A DNA stretch of 64,000 nucleotides, from NCBI GenBank assembly GCA_903821695.1, contig CAIJLX010000022.1, forward strand, positions 12,406 through 76,405, in the 5' to 3' direction. Origin of the DNA: an uncultured Alphaproteobacteria bacterium (GTDB lineage: Bacteria > Pseudomonadota > Alphaproteobacteria > Rickettsiales > CAIJLX01). This document shows positions 1 through 10,182 of the stretch, piece after piece. The translations under genes and the position numbers were made by a program. Within the stretch, counting starts at the first letter, position 1, and each line of letters starts with the position of its first letter. The notes under the pieces are model-generated. The model was given only the letters and a program-made list of their open reading frames with translations, ran no database searches and was not told the origin of the DNA.

Positions 1-1
1 T

Positions 2-286
2 ATTTTTGCAAATGGCGATGGCGCTTATACCATTACCGGTGGCACTGGTGCGGATAGCTTTATGGGCGCTATTGCAGATGCCTTCATTACTGATTTTCAA
101 CTCTCGGCAGATAAGGCAGTTTTTTCTGACAGTATCTTTGCTGATGTTATAGCTGCTCTTGCAGCACAAACTTATGATGCCACAACAGAAGTAGCAACGA
201 TAACGCTACCTTTCGGAGGGCAACTAATTTTTCAAAATGTTCCCGAACCTCTTTCCACTAGTGATATTATGATTATTACTGGATAA
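2..286 (+). CDS. C-terminal part of an RTX/hemolysin-type Ca2+-binding secreted protein (5' truncated by window edge)
   Basis: The frame is open from base 2: IFANGDGAYTITGGTGADSFMG, with a GGxGxD nonapeptide, then an ITDF...DK tail typical of T1SS substrates. Stop at 284-286. Confidence 0.7.
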   Translation: MFANGDGAYTITGGTGADSFMGAIADAFITDFQLSADKAVFSDSIFADVIAALAAQTYDATTEVATITLPFGGQLIFQNVPEPLSTSDIMIITG

Positions 287-323
287 TCCTGGAAATTTCA
301 CACAGGACATATAAAACATAGAC

Positions 324-938
324 ATGACCTATACATTATACAAAAACGACCTTCCCGCTGGCTTTGAACTTTCTGGAGACTTAGCAATTGATACCGAAAC
401 CATGGGGCTTAACCCATTGCGGGATCGGTTGTGCTTGATTCAGATTAGCAATGGCGATGGCAAGGCGCATCTCGTGGCGTTTGATGGCAAAGATTATTCG
501 GCACCGAATTTGAAGAAGCTTATGGCAAACTCCAACAGCACCAAGATTTTCCATTTTGCACGGTTTGATGTGGCGGTGATGAAGCATTATCTGAACATCG
601 ATGTTGCGCCTATCTATTGCACCAAAATTGCATCTAAACTTGTGCGCACCTATACGGACCGCCATGGCCTTAAAGATATCTGCAGAGAACTACTGAGCGT
701 AGAGATTTCCAAGTATCAGCAAAGTTCGGATTGGGGTAGTGCGGAGTTAACACCAGAGCAATGCCATTATGCGGCGTCTGATGTATTTTATTTGCATCGC
801 TTACGGGAAAAACTGGATGTGATGTTGAAACGAACCGGTCGCGCAAACATCGCCAAAGAATGCTTCGATTTCTTGCCTACACGTGCGGCGCTAGATTTAT
901 CAGGCTGGGCGGAAACTGATATCTTTGCGCATAGCTAA
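324..938 (+). CDS. rnd: Ribonuclease D (short DEDDy 3'-5' exonuclease, no HRDC domain)
   Basis: Motifs AIDTETMG, FHFARFD and YAASDV; 204 aa; GGA SD-like sequence upstream. Confidence 0.9.
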   Translation: MTYTLYKNDLPAGFELSGDLAIDTETMGLNPLRDRLCLIQISNGDGKAHLVAFDGKDYSAPNLKKLMANSNSTKIFHFARFDVAVMKHYLNIDVAPIYCTKIASKLVRTYTDRHGLKDICRELLSVEISKYQQSSDWGSAELTPEQCHYAASDVFYLHRLREKLDVMLKRTGRANIAKECFDFLPTRAALDLSGWAETDIFAHS

Positions 939-1609
939 GCCGACTTTGGCCGCAGCACGTAGCCCTGCCCCCATACTGATTGCAGATATTTAGGCTGGCG
1001 AGGGTCGGACTCTAGTTTTTTGCGGAGGCGGGTGATTTGGACATCGACGGAACGTTCGCTGATGCCGTTCAGGCGTTTCGATAGGTTTTCGCGGGAGATG
1101 GGTTGGCCGATTTGTTCGCAGAGAATTTCTAATAATTTGATTTCGGTGGAGGTTAAAAATACGGCAACTCCGGCTTGGGTAAGCTCGCCGGTTGAGGCAT
1201 CGAAACGAAAATCACCGAACGTCAATTCCTTGCTTCTTGCAGGAGGGGTGCGGCGGAGGATGTTTTCGATGCGCAGTAATAATTCGCGGGGCTCGAAAGG
1301 TTTGACCAGATAGTCATCGGCGCCGCTTTCTAGGCCTTTGATGCGGTCGGCGACTTCGCCCATGGCGGTTAGCATGAGGATGGGAACGGGCTGTTCCAGG
1401 CGGATGGATTGGGTGAGTTGGACGCCATCTTCGCCCGGCATCATCACATCCACAATCAGCAGATCATATTGTTTTTCTTTAAGCTTTTCGCGGGCAATGC
1501 CAGCATTTTCAGCGGCATCGACGTGATAGCCTTCGGCGACGAGGAATTCGGTGAGAAGCTCGCGCAACCGGGTATCGTCATCGACCACCAATATTAATTT
1601 TTCATTCAT
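935..1609 (-). CDS. OmpR/PhoB-family DNA-binding response regulator
   Basis: Receiver domain (VVDDD, DVMMPGEDG, LTA, DDYLVKPF) and winged-helix C-terminus (RSVDVQITRLRKKLE, VWGQGY). Confidence 0.93.
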   Translation of the reverse strand: MNEKLILVVDDDTRLRELLTEFLVAEGYHVDAAENAGIAREKLKEKQYDLLIVDVMMPGEDGVQLTQSIRLEQPVPILMLTAMGEVADRIKGLESGADDYLVKPFEPRELLLRIENILRRTPPARSKELTFGDFRFDASTGELTQAGVAVFLTSTEIKLLEILCEQIGQPISRENLSKRLNGISERSVDVQITRLRKKLESDPRQPKYLQSVWGQGYVLRPKSA

Positions 1610-1680
1610 TTTGCTTGGAAAACTGGAAAAAAAGAATTAAAAGAACGCTCTCTTTTATAGCAGCCTTAAGGAATTTTTCT

Positions 1681-2553
1681 ATGCAAATAGTGCCCTTTGA
1701 CGACCGTGATGGGTTTATCTGGAAGAACGGCAAACTTCTCCCCTGGAGAGAAGCGAAGCTCCATGTGATGAGCCATGGCCTCCATTATGGTTCCTCTGTG
1801 TTTGAAGGTGAACGGGCATATAACGGCAAAATCTTTAAGTCTCGTGAGCATTCTGCACGCCTGCACCGCTCCGGCGAATTGCTCGGCTTCAAGGTTCCTT
1901 ATACGATTGATCAGCTTGAGGCTGCAAAAACCGAAGTACTGAAAGCCAATGGCGTTTCGAATGCCTATGTTCGTGCATTCGCTTGGCGTGGCTCGGAGAA
2001 GATGGCGATTTCGGCTGCTAACACGACCATTCATGTTGCGATTGCTACTTGGGAAATGCCAACTTATTTCGCGGCGGAACTCAAAGCAAAAGGCTTGGAT
2101 CTTTGCTGGGCGGATTATAAACGCCCCTCCCCTGAAACAGCCCCGAGCGAAGCAAAAGCGGCAGGGCTTTATATGATCTGCACAATCAGCAAACATAAGG
2201 CCGAAGCTTCGGGTTTTCATGATGCGTTAATGCTCGATTATCGTGGCTTTGTTGCGGAAGCAACGGGCGCGAATTTCTTTATGGTGGTTGATGGTGAATT
2301 ACATACGCCGAAGCCAGATTGTTTTTTGAATGGCATCACCCGCATGACTGTGATCGACCTCGCGAAGAAGCGTGGTATTAAAGTTGTCGAGCGCCACATT
2401 AAGCCGGAAGACTTGGTAAACGCACAGGAAGCCTTCTTAACCGGGACCGCAGCAGAAATTACGCCAATCGGCACAATCGGCGATTACAAGTTTGTCCCTG
2501 CTGCCGTGACCCAACAACTGATCGCGGATTACGAAGCGCTTACGCGAGCGTAA
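1681..2553 (+). CDS. ilvE: Branched-chain amino acid aminotransferase (PLP class IV)
   Basis: LHYGSSVFEG, EAKAAGLY, EATGANFF, LNGITR, AFLTGTAAEITP. Start moved to ATG 1681, which follows an AAGGA SD. Confidence 0.92.
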   Translation: MQIVPFDDRDGFIWKNGKLLPWREAKLHVMSHGLHYGSSVFEGERAYNGKIFKSREHSARLHRSGELLGFKVPYTIDQLEAAKTEVLKANGVSNAYVRAFAWRGSEKMAISAANTTIHVAIATWEMPTYFAAELKAKGLDLCWADYKRPSPETAPSEAKAAGLYMICTISKHKAEASGFHDALMLDYRGFVAEATGANFFMVVDGELHTPKPDCFLNGITRMTVIDLAKKRGIKVVERHIKPEDLVNAQEAFLTGTAAEITPIGTIGDYKFVPAAVTQQLIADYEALTRA

Positions 2554-3562
2554 AGAGAAAATCCGCAAGCTGGATGCCACCTAAGCCAGCACTAACGCCA
2601 GAGATCACGGCGAGATCAATGCCGCCTGCTTGAATCAATGCGCCATCGGCTTGTTGAATGATGGTTGGCGTGCCAGCAAAATTGAGCACCACGATTTTGT
2701 CAACGCCTGGTATAAAATCGAGAATAACATCAGAGTCGGAAGTATCGGCACCCAATATATCGAATACAAAGCTGTCTATTCCATCTCCACCACGAATCGT
2801 ATCGTGACCAAGATTACCAAAAATCGTGTCATCACCAATGTCACCCATGAGTTGATCAGCACCATTACCGCCTAGTAGCGAATCATTCTCTTTGCCTCCA
2901 AAGATAATATCATTCCCACCACCGCCATCGATTATATCATCACCTGCATTGCCTTGAAGAAGATCTTCCCCTTCATCACCCATCAGGCTATCGGCATCAT
3001 CATTGCCATAAATAGTATCATTGCCTATGCCCGCAGAAACCGTGTCCGCGCCGGCATCGCCGCTAATGACATCATTTCCTTCTGCGCCAATAATGCTATC
3101 GGTCCCCTCACCACCAAGAACCAGATCAATACCTGCACCTGCATCGATTGTATCATTGCCGAGGTCACCCCTTAAGATATCATTGCTATTACCGCCAAAA
3201 ATTGAATCGTCACCTTGACCACCAAAGATGCTGTCGACCTCATCGCCGCCATCCACTGTATCATCGCCTGCATTACCATACATGTGATCAGAACCAGAGC
3301 CACCGGCGATATAATCATCGCCCAATCCTCCTTCAAGTGAGTCGTTACCGAGATCACCACTCAAACTATCATCATCCTTACCGCCATAAATCGTGTCATC
3401 GCCACGGCCGCCGAAAATTGTATCATTCTCCGTGTTGCCATGCAGATAATCGGAACCTGTACCACCGGCGATATAATCATTACCCTCATTGCCCTGTACT
3501 ATGTCCACATCCGCGGTGGCATAGATCGTATCCGCATTTAATGTTCCAACGAATCTGACCAT
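2540..3562 (-). CDS. RTX-repeat Ca2+-binding protein, probable type I secretion substrate
   Basis: Nearly the whole protein is tandem GGxGxDx(L/I)x nonapeptides, followed by an ILDFIPGVDKI C-terminal tail. No signal peptide. Confidence 0.9.
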   Translation of the reverse strand: MVRFVGTLNADTIYATADVDIVQGNEGNDYIAGGTGSDYLHGNTENDTIFGGRGDDTIYGGKDDDSLSGDLGNDSLEGGLGDDYIAGGSGSDHMYGNAGDDTVDGGDEVDSIFGGQGDDSIFGGNSNDILRGDLGNDTIDAGAGIDLVLGGEGTDSIIGAEGNDVISGDAGADTVSAGIGNDTIYGNDDADSLMGDEGEDLLQGNAGDDIIDGGGGNDIIFGGKENDSLLGGNGADQLMGDIGDDTIFGNLGHDTIRGGDGIDSFVFDILGADTSDSDVILDFIPGVDKIVVLNFAGTPTIIQQADGALIQAGGIDLAVISGVSAGLGGIQLADFLFTLA

Positions 3563-3563
3563 A

Positions 3564-4313
3564 TTAATTATCCTCTAATATTTGTGCGTTGTGCTTGCTG
3601 ATTAATGCACGCAATTCTTGTGCGACTTTGTCGAGTGCCGCTACATCGGTCGAGCGGCACACCAAACTTACTCCTAATTTACCGTCGCGGATAAAGGGGT
3701 AACTGCCGATTTCAACATTCGGATTGGCTTCTTGTATCGCGGTGAGTTCGGCGGCGATATAGCCTTCCGTAACGGTTGCAGAAATCGTGCGAGACAACGT
3801 TACTGCTCCACCTTTTATGCGAGCACTTACACCATCCAACATCGCCTGCATAATTCGTGGCACGCCCGCCATTACATAAACATTTTCTAATATAAATCCT
3901 GGCGCGGCGGAAACAGGGTTATCAATCAATTCGGCGCCTTCTGGAATATCAGCCATTTTGAGACGCGCGGCGTTGATGTCTTCGGGTTTATAATGTTTGC
4001 GTAACCGGGCTTCGGCTTCCGGGTGGCGTAATAATTTTTTGCCAAAGGCTTTGGCGATGGTGGCGGTGGTAATATCATCGTGGGTTGGGCCGATGCCGCC
4101 GGAGGTGAAAACATAATCATTGCGGCCGCTCAAAGATTGCACCGCTTCGATAATCGCGTTTTCGTTATCGGAAACCACGCGGCACTCGACTAATCGCACC
4201 CCTAATTTGCCCAAGGTTTTCGCCAAATAATTAAGGTTTGCATCCTGCGTTCTACCGGATAGAATTTCATTACCAATAATCAGTAGCGCAGCTGTCGGTT
4301 GTAGGTTATGCAT
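3564..4313 (-). CDS. CinA/molybdopterin-binding-domain protein (competence/damage-inducible family)
   Basis: IIGNEILSGRTQDAN, SGGIGPTHDDIT, AGVPRIM. Confidence 0.85.
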   Translation of the reverse strand: MHNLQPTAALLIIGNEILSGRTQDANLNYLAKTLGKLGVRLVECRVVSDNENAIIEAVQSLSGRNDYVFTSGGIGPTHDDITTATIAKAFGKKLLRHPEAEARLRKHYKPEDINAARLKMADIPEGAELIDNPVSAAPGFILENVYVMAGVPRIMQAMLDGVSARIKGGAVTLSRTISATVTEGYIAAELTAIQEANPNVEIGSYPFIRDGKLGVSLVCRSTDVAALDKVAQELRALISKHNAQILEDN

Positions 4314-4360
4314 ATGACCATCGGTTTTAACATAACTTTCTGAAAGATAATAGTTTATTC

Positions 4361-5149
4361 ATGTCTGAACGTATTATTTTGCACCCGGAGGAAGATTTCG
4401 TCGCCATGCGCAAAGCGGGCAAGCTTGCCGCCGAGATCCTCGATTTCATCACCCCGCACGTCGTTCCGGGTGTTACGACCGATGCATTAAACACACTCTG
4501 CCACGATAAAATTACTGAGGCCGGTGCTATCGCCGCCCCCTTAAATTATCGCGGATTTCCGAAGTCTATTTGTACTTCGATCAACCACGTTGTCTGCCAT
4601 GGAATCCCTAGCGAAAAGAAGCTCGCGAAAGGTGATATCGTCAATATCGATGTGACCGTCATCGTCGATGGCTGGCATGGCGATACCAGCCGCATGTATT
4701 ATGTCGGCACCCCCTCCGTTCTTGCCCGTCGTTTGTGCGAAGCAACATATGAAGCGATGATGCGTGGGATTGAACTGGTGAAACCAGGTGCAACTTTGGG
4801 CGATATTGGCTCCGCCATTCAGCAATATGCGGAAAAGCAGAAATTTTCAGTGGTTCGGGATTTCTGCGGACATGGGATTGGGAAGATATTCCACACCGCC
4901 CCCAACGTGCTGCATTATGGCAAAGCAGGCACCGGTGGCAGGCTAGAACAAGGCATGTTTTTCACCATCGAACCCATGGTAAATGCAGGTAAATTTGATA
5001 CAGTTATCCTCTCCGATGGCTGGACGGCGGTGACCCGAGATCGCTCTCTTTCGGCCCAATTTGAGCATACCATTGGGGTAACTAAGGATGGATTTGAGAT
5101 TTTTACCCTTTCCCCCAAAGGTTGGAACTGCCCGCCCTATAAATCCTAG
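4361..5149 (+). CDS. map: Type I methionine aminopeptidase
   Basis: NHVVCHGIP, DVT, GDTSR, GHGIG, IEPM, QFEHT metal-binding motifs. Confidence 0.97.
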   Translation: MSERIILHPEEDFVAMRKAGKLAAEILDFITPHVVPGVTTDALNTLCHDKITEAGAIAAPLNYRGFPKSICTSINHVVCHGIPSEKKLAKGDIVNIDVTVIVDGWHGDTSRMYYVGTPSVLARRLCEATYEAMMRGIELVKPGATLGDIGSAIQQYAEKQKFSVVRDFCGHGIGKIFHTAPNVLHYGKAGTGGRLEQGMFFTIEPMVNAGKFDTVILSDGWTAVTRDRSLSAQFEHTIGVTKDGFEIFTLSPKGWNCPPYKS

Positions 5150-5208
5150 ATTTTAGGCCTTTTTTTTGGTATTCTGGGGTTACGAACATGTAGTTCAGGA
5201 GGGTACTT

Positions 5209-5472
5209 ATGCACGATATGCAACGCTTGCTGGAAAGCTACCGGCTCACCACCGCAGAGATCACGTATCATCTGCCGGATTTCCCCATTTTCCTACAGAC
5301 CTATCTTTGGCAAGACCTCGATATTGCCCCTGATTTCCCGACCTTGAAAAAGTTCTTAGGCTTTTGGGAGCGCTCATTAGATGGCCGGCTGCATTCAGTC
5401 AAAATCGCCCATTGCGAGTTGATTAAACCCTCCGAGATGCGCTTTGCCAAAGGCGAATTTTATTTACACTAA
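5209..5472 (+). CDS. usg: Usg family protein
   Basis: YRLTTAEITYHLPD...LQTYLWQDLD.APDFP.L..FL.FW...LDG.LHSV pattern; SD AGGAGG. Confidence 0.85.
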   Translation: MHDMQRLLESYRLTTAEITYHLPDFPIFLQTYLWQDLDIAPDFPTLKKFLGFWERSLDGRLHSVKIAHCELIKPSEMRFAKGEFYLH

Positions 5473-5497
5473 GCCTCAAGCGCAGTAGCACGGAGGC

Positions 5498-6466
5498 ATG
5501 AAAGTTCTGCATCTGATGCTCAGCCAAGGCCTGGGCGGTATCGAACAAGTCTTCCTCGATTATACCGCTATGTTACGTGCCGAAGGCATCGAGGTGATCC
5601 CCGTCATCCACCCCAACGCCGCCATCCGCCCACAAGTACCGGATGCGATTGCACTGCATAACTGGGGAAGCTGGGACATATTTGCAAAAATGCATATGAA
5701 CAAACTCATCCGCACTCATCAACCCGATATCGTATTAACCCACGGCAATCGCGCATTGGCATTCGGCAAACAATTCAAAGGCAAGCTTGTCCCGGTTGCC
5801 CATAATTATTGGTTCAAACATTTCAAAGGCCTCAAAAACGCGATCGCCATCACGGAAGATATCGCCCAGAAATTAGAAGTCGCAAACGTCGCCGTTATCC
5901 CCAATGTGGTCTCCGTCCCTACCACCATGCCTACCCGTGCGCCCTATCATAAACCACCCATCATCGGAACCATGGGAAGGTTCGTGCATAAAAAAGGATT
6001 CGATAATTTTATTCATGCGCTTGCGAAATTAGATGCCCACTTCACTGCTTTAATCGGCGGTCAGGGAGAGGAAGAATTAGCACTCAAGTCTCTAGTCCAA
6101 AAACTTGGACTAGAGAAGAAAGTAAAATTCATCGGCTGGGTCAAAAACAAAAAAGAGTTCTTCGATCAGATCGATATTTTCTGCCTACCCTCTCGCAGCG
6201 AGCCATTCGGCATCGTATTGCTTGAAGCCTTCGCCCATGGCGTGCCGGTGGTGAGCTCTATGAACGAAGGCGCCAGTGTGATCGCTCGCAATAAGCATGA
6301 TGCAATTTTGTGTGAAGAGGGTAAACTAGCCGAAGGTTTGGCAGCGATGTTGAAAGATGAAGCAGTAGCTCGAACTATCGCCACCAACGCCCTCGAAACT
6401 GTCGGCCAATATAAGCCTTCGCTTATAGGCAAGAAACTAAAAAACGTATTAGAAAACGCCCTATGA
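5498..6466 (+). CDS. GT4 family glycosyltransferase
   Basis: N-terminal GGIE motif, GRFVHKKG and PSRSEPFGIVLLEA (ExF-x7-E). Confidence 0.9.
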   Translation: MKVLHLMLSQGLGGIEQVFLDYTAMLRAEGIEVIPVIHPNAAIRPQVPDAIALHNWGSWDIFAKMHMNKLIRTHQPDIVLTHGNRALAFGKQFKGKLVPVAHNYWFKHFKGLKNAIAITEDIAQKLEVANVAVIPNVVSVPTTMPTRAPYHKPPIIGTMGRFVHKKGFDNFIHALAKLDAHFTALIGGQGEEELALKSLVQKLGLEKKVKFIGWVKNKKEFFDQIDIFCLPSRSEPFGIVLLEAFAHGVPVVSSMNEGASVIARNKHDAILCEEGKLAEGLAAMLKDEAVARTIATNALETVGQYKPSLIGKKLKNVLENAL

Positions 6467-7230
6467 AACACCTACTCGAACATCGCGGATTACTCCATCT
6501 GACTGGTGATGATGTGCGCTCATTTTTGCAGGGGCTATTAACGAATGATATTCACAAACTCACACCTGAAAAAAGTCTCTATGCAGCTTTGCTCACGCCG
6601 CAAGGAAAATTTCTCTATGATTTTTTTGTGTATGATTGGCAAGGCGGAGTGCTCCTCGAATATTATAAACCGATGGCAGCCGACATACTCAAAAAACTAA
6701 CACTCTATCGCCTGCGCTCGAAAATCACCTTCACTGATGTCAGCGACCAATATATGACGATTGCAGCCTGGGGCGATGAACAACCCAACCTCAAAGATCC
6801 TCGCCACGAAAAAATGGGCATGCGTTATATTACTGCTGAAAAACTATCCGACAATTTGGTGCCTGCGAGCGAGTATCACGCCCATCGTATTGCGCTTACC
6901 ATTCCGGAAATGCCGGATGATTTGATTAGCGGCGATTCATTTCCACTACTTAGCAATATGGAAGAGTTGCATGCCATCGATTATCAGAAGGGATGTTATG
7001 TGGGCCAAGAAGTTACTGCCCGCAGCAAATATCGCGGCAATCTTCGCAAGAAAATTTGGACAGTAAAAATAGAAGGTGATGCACCTGCGCCCGGCACACC
7101 AATCCGCATCGGCCAACGTGTGGTCGGTACGATGTTAAGCCACGCGAATGATTTGGGTTTGGCGCAAATAGAAAATGAAGTTGCGGCGCAAAAGCTACAG
7201 GCTGAGAAAGCAACGCTCACTATCCTATAA
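6463..7230 (+). CDS. ygfZ: YgfZ/IBA57 folate-binding Fe-S assembly protein
   Basis: KGCYVGQE signature and LLTPQGK. Confidence 0.92.
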   Translation: MKHLLEHRGLLHLTGDDVRSFLQGLLTNDIHKLTPEKSLYAALLTPQGKFLYDFFVYDWQGGVLLEYYKPMAADILKKLTLYRLRSKITFTDVSDQYMTIAAWGDEQPNLKDPRHEKMGMRYITAEKLSDNLVPASEYHAHRIALTIPEMPDDLISGDSFPLLSNMEELHAIDYQKGCYVGQEVTARSKYRGNLRKKIWTVKIEGDAPAPGTPIRIGQRVVGTMLSHANDLGLAQIENEVAAQKLQAEKATLTIL

Positions 7231-7263
7231 ATAAAAATGGGGCAGCGTTTCTGCTGCCCCATT
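7231..7263 (-). terminator. Intrinsic terminator for the flgE operon
   Basis: AATGGGGCAGC-N6-GCTGCCCCATT stem followed by a T-run on the minus strand, between convergent ygfZ and flgE. Confidence 0.75.
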
Positions 7264-7281
7264 CCCATTACATTAGCTTGC

Positions 7282-9423
7282 CTAGCGTAACATATCCGTC
7301 AATTTTTGTAGAAGACCGTCTACCGTTGTAATCGTCTTCGTATTTGCTTCATAAGAACGCTGAGCAACGATCATGCTGGTAAGCTCGTTCGAAAGTTCAG
7401 TGCTCGAGTTTTCAAGCGACTCAGGTGAAACTACACCTACGCCACTTTGCCCTGCTTGCTTCAGTGTAAATTCACCCGAAATATCGCTTTGTTTGTAGGC
7501 GTTGCCGGTTGTCGCGCCCAAACCATTGATGTTTGGGAAATCCGCCAACGGAATTTTATACACTTTGCGTGATTGGCCGTTGCTATAGTTGAACGAGATG
7601 ATGCCATCTTTATCAATCGAAACCGAAGTTAGCAGACCTGCGCCCGCACCATCTTGATCAATAAAGCGTACATCGTTACCACCGTCGAACTGTGTTACGC
7701 CATCGGTTTTACCGATTTCGGTTGCGCCCACTGTTCCGACTGGCTGACCTGCTGTACCGAAGTTGAGATCAATCTCACTCGCGATCGCCTGGTTCGCCCA
7801 AGCAATTTCCACCTTCTGCAAGAGACCCGCAGAAACGTTACGCAAGCTGCCATCGCCGTTAAAGGTCAGCGTTCCACTTGCCACCAATCCATCCGAACGT
7901 GTGGAAACAATTTCTGTCGGGGTTGCAGCATATAATTCTACTGCCCATTGGTTATTACCAATTTTAGCAGCGCTATAAATGAAATCATGGCCAACACCCA
8001 AACCGTCAAATAAGGTAATGTTTTTGCTGAAGATATTCGCTTTAATCTTCCCGGATGCAATGTTATTACCACCGACGTTCAGTGCGTTATACACCGGATC
8101 CAATACACCCGTTGGAATACCGAATTCATCAGCAGCACCGATGAAGTTGTTCGCCACACCAGGCGCAGCATCCAAGAACTCAATGGTTGCTAATGGATCG
8201 GTTGCAAAGATTCGCATTTGCGGATCGCTTGTTGTGCTCGTGATGGACGAAGTAATTCCTGATTTGGTAGCGATTACGTTTTTCAATCCATCGAATGTAT
8301 TAAAGCGATCAAGACCTCCGGCAAAGCTTGCGATACCTAACTCACCTACGATATCCGTCGCACCACCTAGGTTCGGGCCATCAACGTTCGTAAATGTCAC
8401 CGCATCGTTTGCATCCCGTGAAGAAACATAGAGACGGTTATTAGTAACGCGTGCAGTTAATCCTGGTGTATTGTTAATGGCGTCTGCCAGGGTTTGCAGA
8501 CTATTAAATCTACCATTGATAGGGTCCGGGCTATTGCTCAATGTAAAGTCGACAGTACCCGATGAGGTGGAGCTAATTCTAAGTATATCAAGCTCATCCG
8601 TTGCGCCAATTGAAAAGGAGCCCGAGGTTGTTGTGGCACCAAGAATACCAGCACCAACGGTTACATCAACGCTTTCCGCAAAACCACCATAGTTGAAAGT
8701 AGTCGTATTCGTACCGTTAATACGCACAGCGAATGACTCACCCGTTGCAAGACCTGAGGTACCACCTGGAGCAATAACGCTGGTTGAGGTGAAAGTAGGT
8801 CCACCGTTAAAGTCTGCAACTGAAACTGGGAGAACGATATCTGCACCTTGGCCAGGAATGGTTTGCTCGGTTGCTTTCAAGTTATGGCCAAAAGATACTT
8901 TCGTGGTTGCTTGTGCTACGGTTGAGCCGCGCGTGTTCACAATCACTAAGCTATCCAAACGTGCGTTTGGCGTGGTGTCCAAGTTACCTGGTTCACCCGG
9001 CAAACGCGCCTGGTTATCAAGCGGCCATGCTTGCAGATAATAACCAGCGGCGTTTTGTAAGTTGCCTCTGCTATCCGTACGGAATGAACCAGCACGGGTA
9101 TAAAGATAGGTTCCAGTTCCATCGTTCTTATCGTTGACCACCATGAAACCTTTACCGGAAATAGCAACGTCGGTTGAAACGCCGGTTGGCTGAATAAGAC
9201 CCTGGCCATCAATCGCACTACGTGTTCTTGCCAATGCGCCGCCACCACCACCACTAGCAGAAGAAAGACCAGTGCTGCCCGTGACCAATGAGGAAAATGT
9301 TGCAGCCTCAGTTTTATAACCAACAGTGTTAATGTTGGATATGTTGTTAGAGATACTGCTGATCGCCGTACCTTGTGAGTTGATTCCGGTTACTCCCGAA
9401 AATAAAGATCCATAAAGACTCAT
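7282..9423 (-). CDS. flgE: Flagellar hook protein FlgE, enlarged (713 aa)
   Basis: N-terminal SNNISNINTVGYK, TDVAISGKGF, YTRAGSF; C-terminal LENSSTELSNELTSMIVAQRSYEANTK. Downstream of flgD; SD AGGAGG. Confidence 0.93.
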   Translation of the reverse strand: MSLYGSLFSGVTGINSQGTAISSISNNISNINTVGYKTEAATFSSLVTGSTGLSSASGGGGGALARTRSAIDGQGLIQPTGVSTDVAISGKGFMVVNDKNDGTGTYLYTRAGSFRTDSRGNLQNAAGYYLQAWPLDNQARLPGEPGNLDTTPNARLDSLVIVNTRGSTVAQATTKVSFGHNLKATEQTIPGQGADIVLPVSVADFNGGPTFTSTSVIAPGGTSGLATGESFAVRINGTNTTTFNYGGFAESVDVTVGAGILGATTTSGSFSIGATDELDILRISSTSSGTVDFTLSNSPDPINGRFNSLQTLADAINNTPGLTARVTNNRLYVSSRDANDAVTFTNVDGPNLGGATDIVGELGIASFAGGLDRFNTFDGLKNVIATKSGITSSITSTTSDPQMRIFATDPLATIEFLDAAPGVANNFIGAADEFGIPTGVLDPVYNALNVGGNNIASGKIKANIFSKNITLFDGLGVGHDFIYSAAKIGNNQWAVELYAATPTEIVSTRSDGLVASGTLTFNGDGSLRNVSAGLLQKVEIAWANQAIASEIDLNFGTAGQPVGTVGATEIGKTDGVTQFDGGNDVRFIDQDGAGAGLLTSVSIDKDGIISFNYSNGQSRKVYKIPLADFPNINGLGATTGNAYKQSDISGEFTLKQAGQSGVGVVSPESLENSSTELSNELTSMIVAQRSYEANTKTITTVDGLLQKLTDMLR

Positions 9424-9474
9424 AAAAACCTCCTTGTTAAATTTGTTTCAATATATGTGATAATGATTTGCTGC

Positions 9475-10170
9475 TTACTGAACCGAGACAATATCCTCCA
9501 GAGGCACTATTTGCCCTTGATCCAACACGACGTTCGTTTTGCCGCCATCAATGCCAACACTCATGACCTTGTCATAAATATAAGTTGTCGCAGCGGTGCT
9601 ATTGCTGTCGCCATCCACCACAGCAACCACAATTTTGTAATTGCCATTATCAACGCGGTTGCCTGATGCATTTTTTGCATCCCATATGACGTTCTGTTTG
9701 CCTTCCGCATTTTTACCCGCGAATGATCCAATTAAGTTTCCAGCATCATCTGAAATGCTGATCAGTGTATTGCTGGTGCCCGCTGGAACATCATAGCTAA
9801 ACTTCACATCGCCAGTGCTAGAGACAACAAATGTATCGCCTTCTACCTGAGCCGTTTTGCCAATGTAATTGACCGCGGACGAAAGCTGCGCGCTCACCGT
9901 AGTGCCAGATTGCAAGCCGATCAATTTATCCAACTTGGTGTTGGTGTTCGTTTGCTGCTCCACTTGTGAAAGGCTCGCCACTTGTTGTGTCCACGCACTT
10001 GGATCGGTTGGGTTGGTCGGGTCTTGGTTCTTCAACTGTGTGACCAACAGTTTGAGGAACGTCGCCTCATCCAGACCTAAGTTCGATTTGGTAGAGCCAG
10101 TCTCATCCGTACTTTTTGCGATGGTGGATGTTGCCGGATTGGTTGCTGAACTAATGCTATCGAGTGCCAT
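9475..10170 (-). CDS. flgD: Flagellar hook capping protein FlgD
   Basis: FLKLLVTQLKNQDPTNP, SQVEQQ, WDAKN..G....G.Y. Confidence 0.93.
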   Translation of the reverse strand: MALDSISSATNPATSTIAKSTDETGSTKSNLGLDEATFLKLLVTQLKNQDPTNPTDPSAWTQQVASLSQVEQQTNTNTKLDKLIGLQSGTTVSAQLSSAVNYIGKTAQVEGDTFVVSSTGDVKFSYDVPAGTSNTLISISDDAGNLIGSFAGKNAEGKQNVIWDAKNASGNRVDNGNYKIVVAVVDGDSNSTAATTYIYDKVMSVGIDGGKTNVVLDQGQIVPLEDIVSVQ

Positions 10171-10182
10171 GATGGTTCTCCT

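Noticed and set aside
2700-3520. 27-nt periodic repeats that could suggest a CRISPR array
   Set aside because: They are degenerate in-frame RTX nonapeptide codons with no constant repeat and unique spacers, and no cas genes are present.
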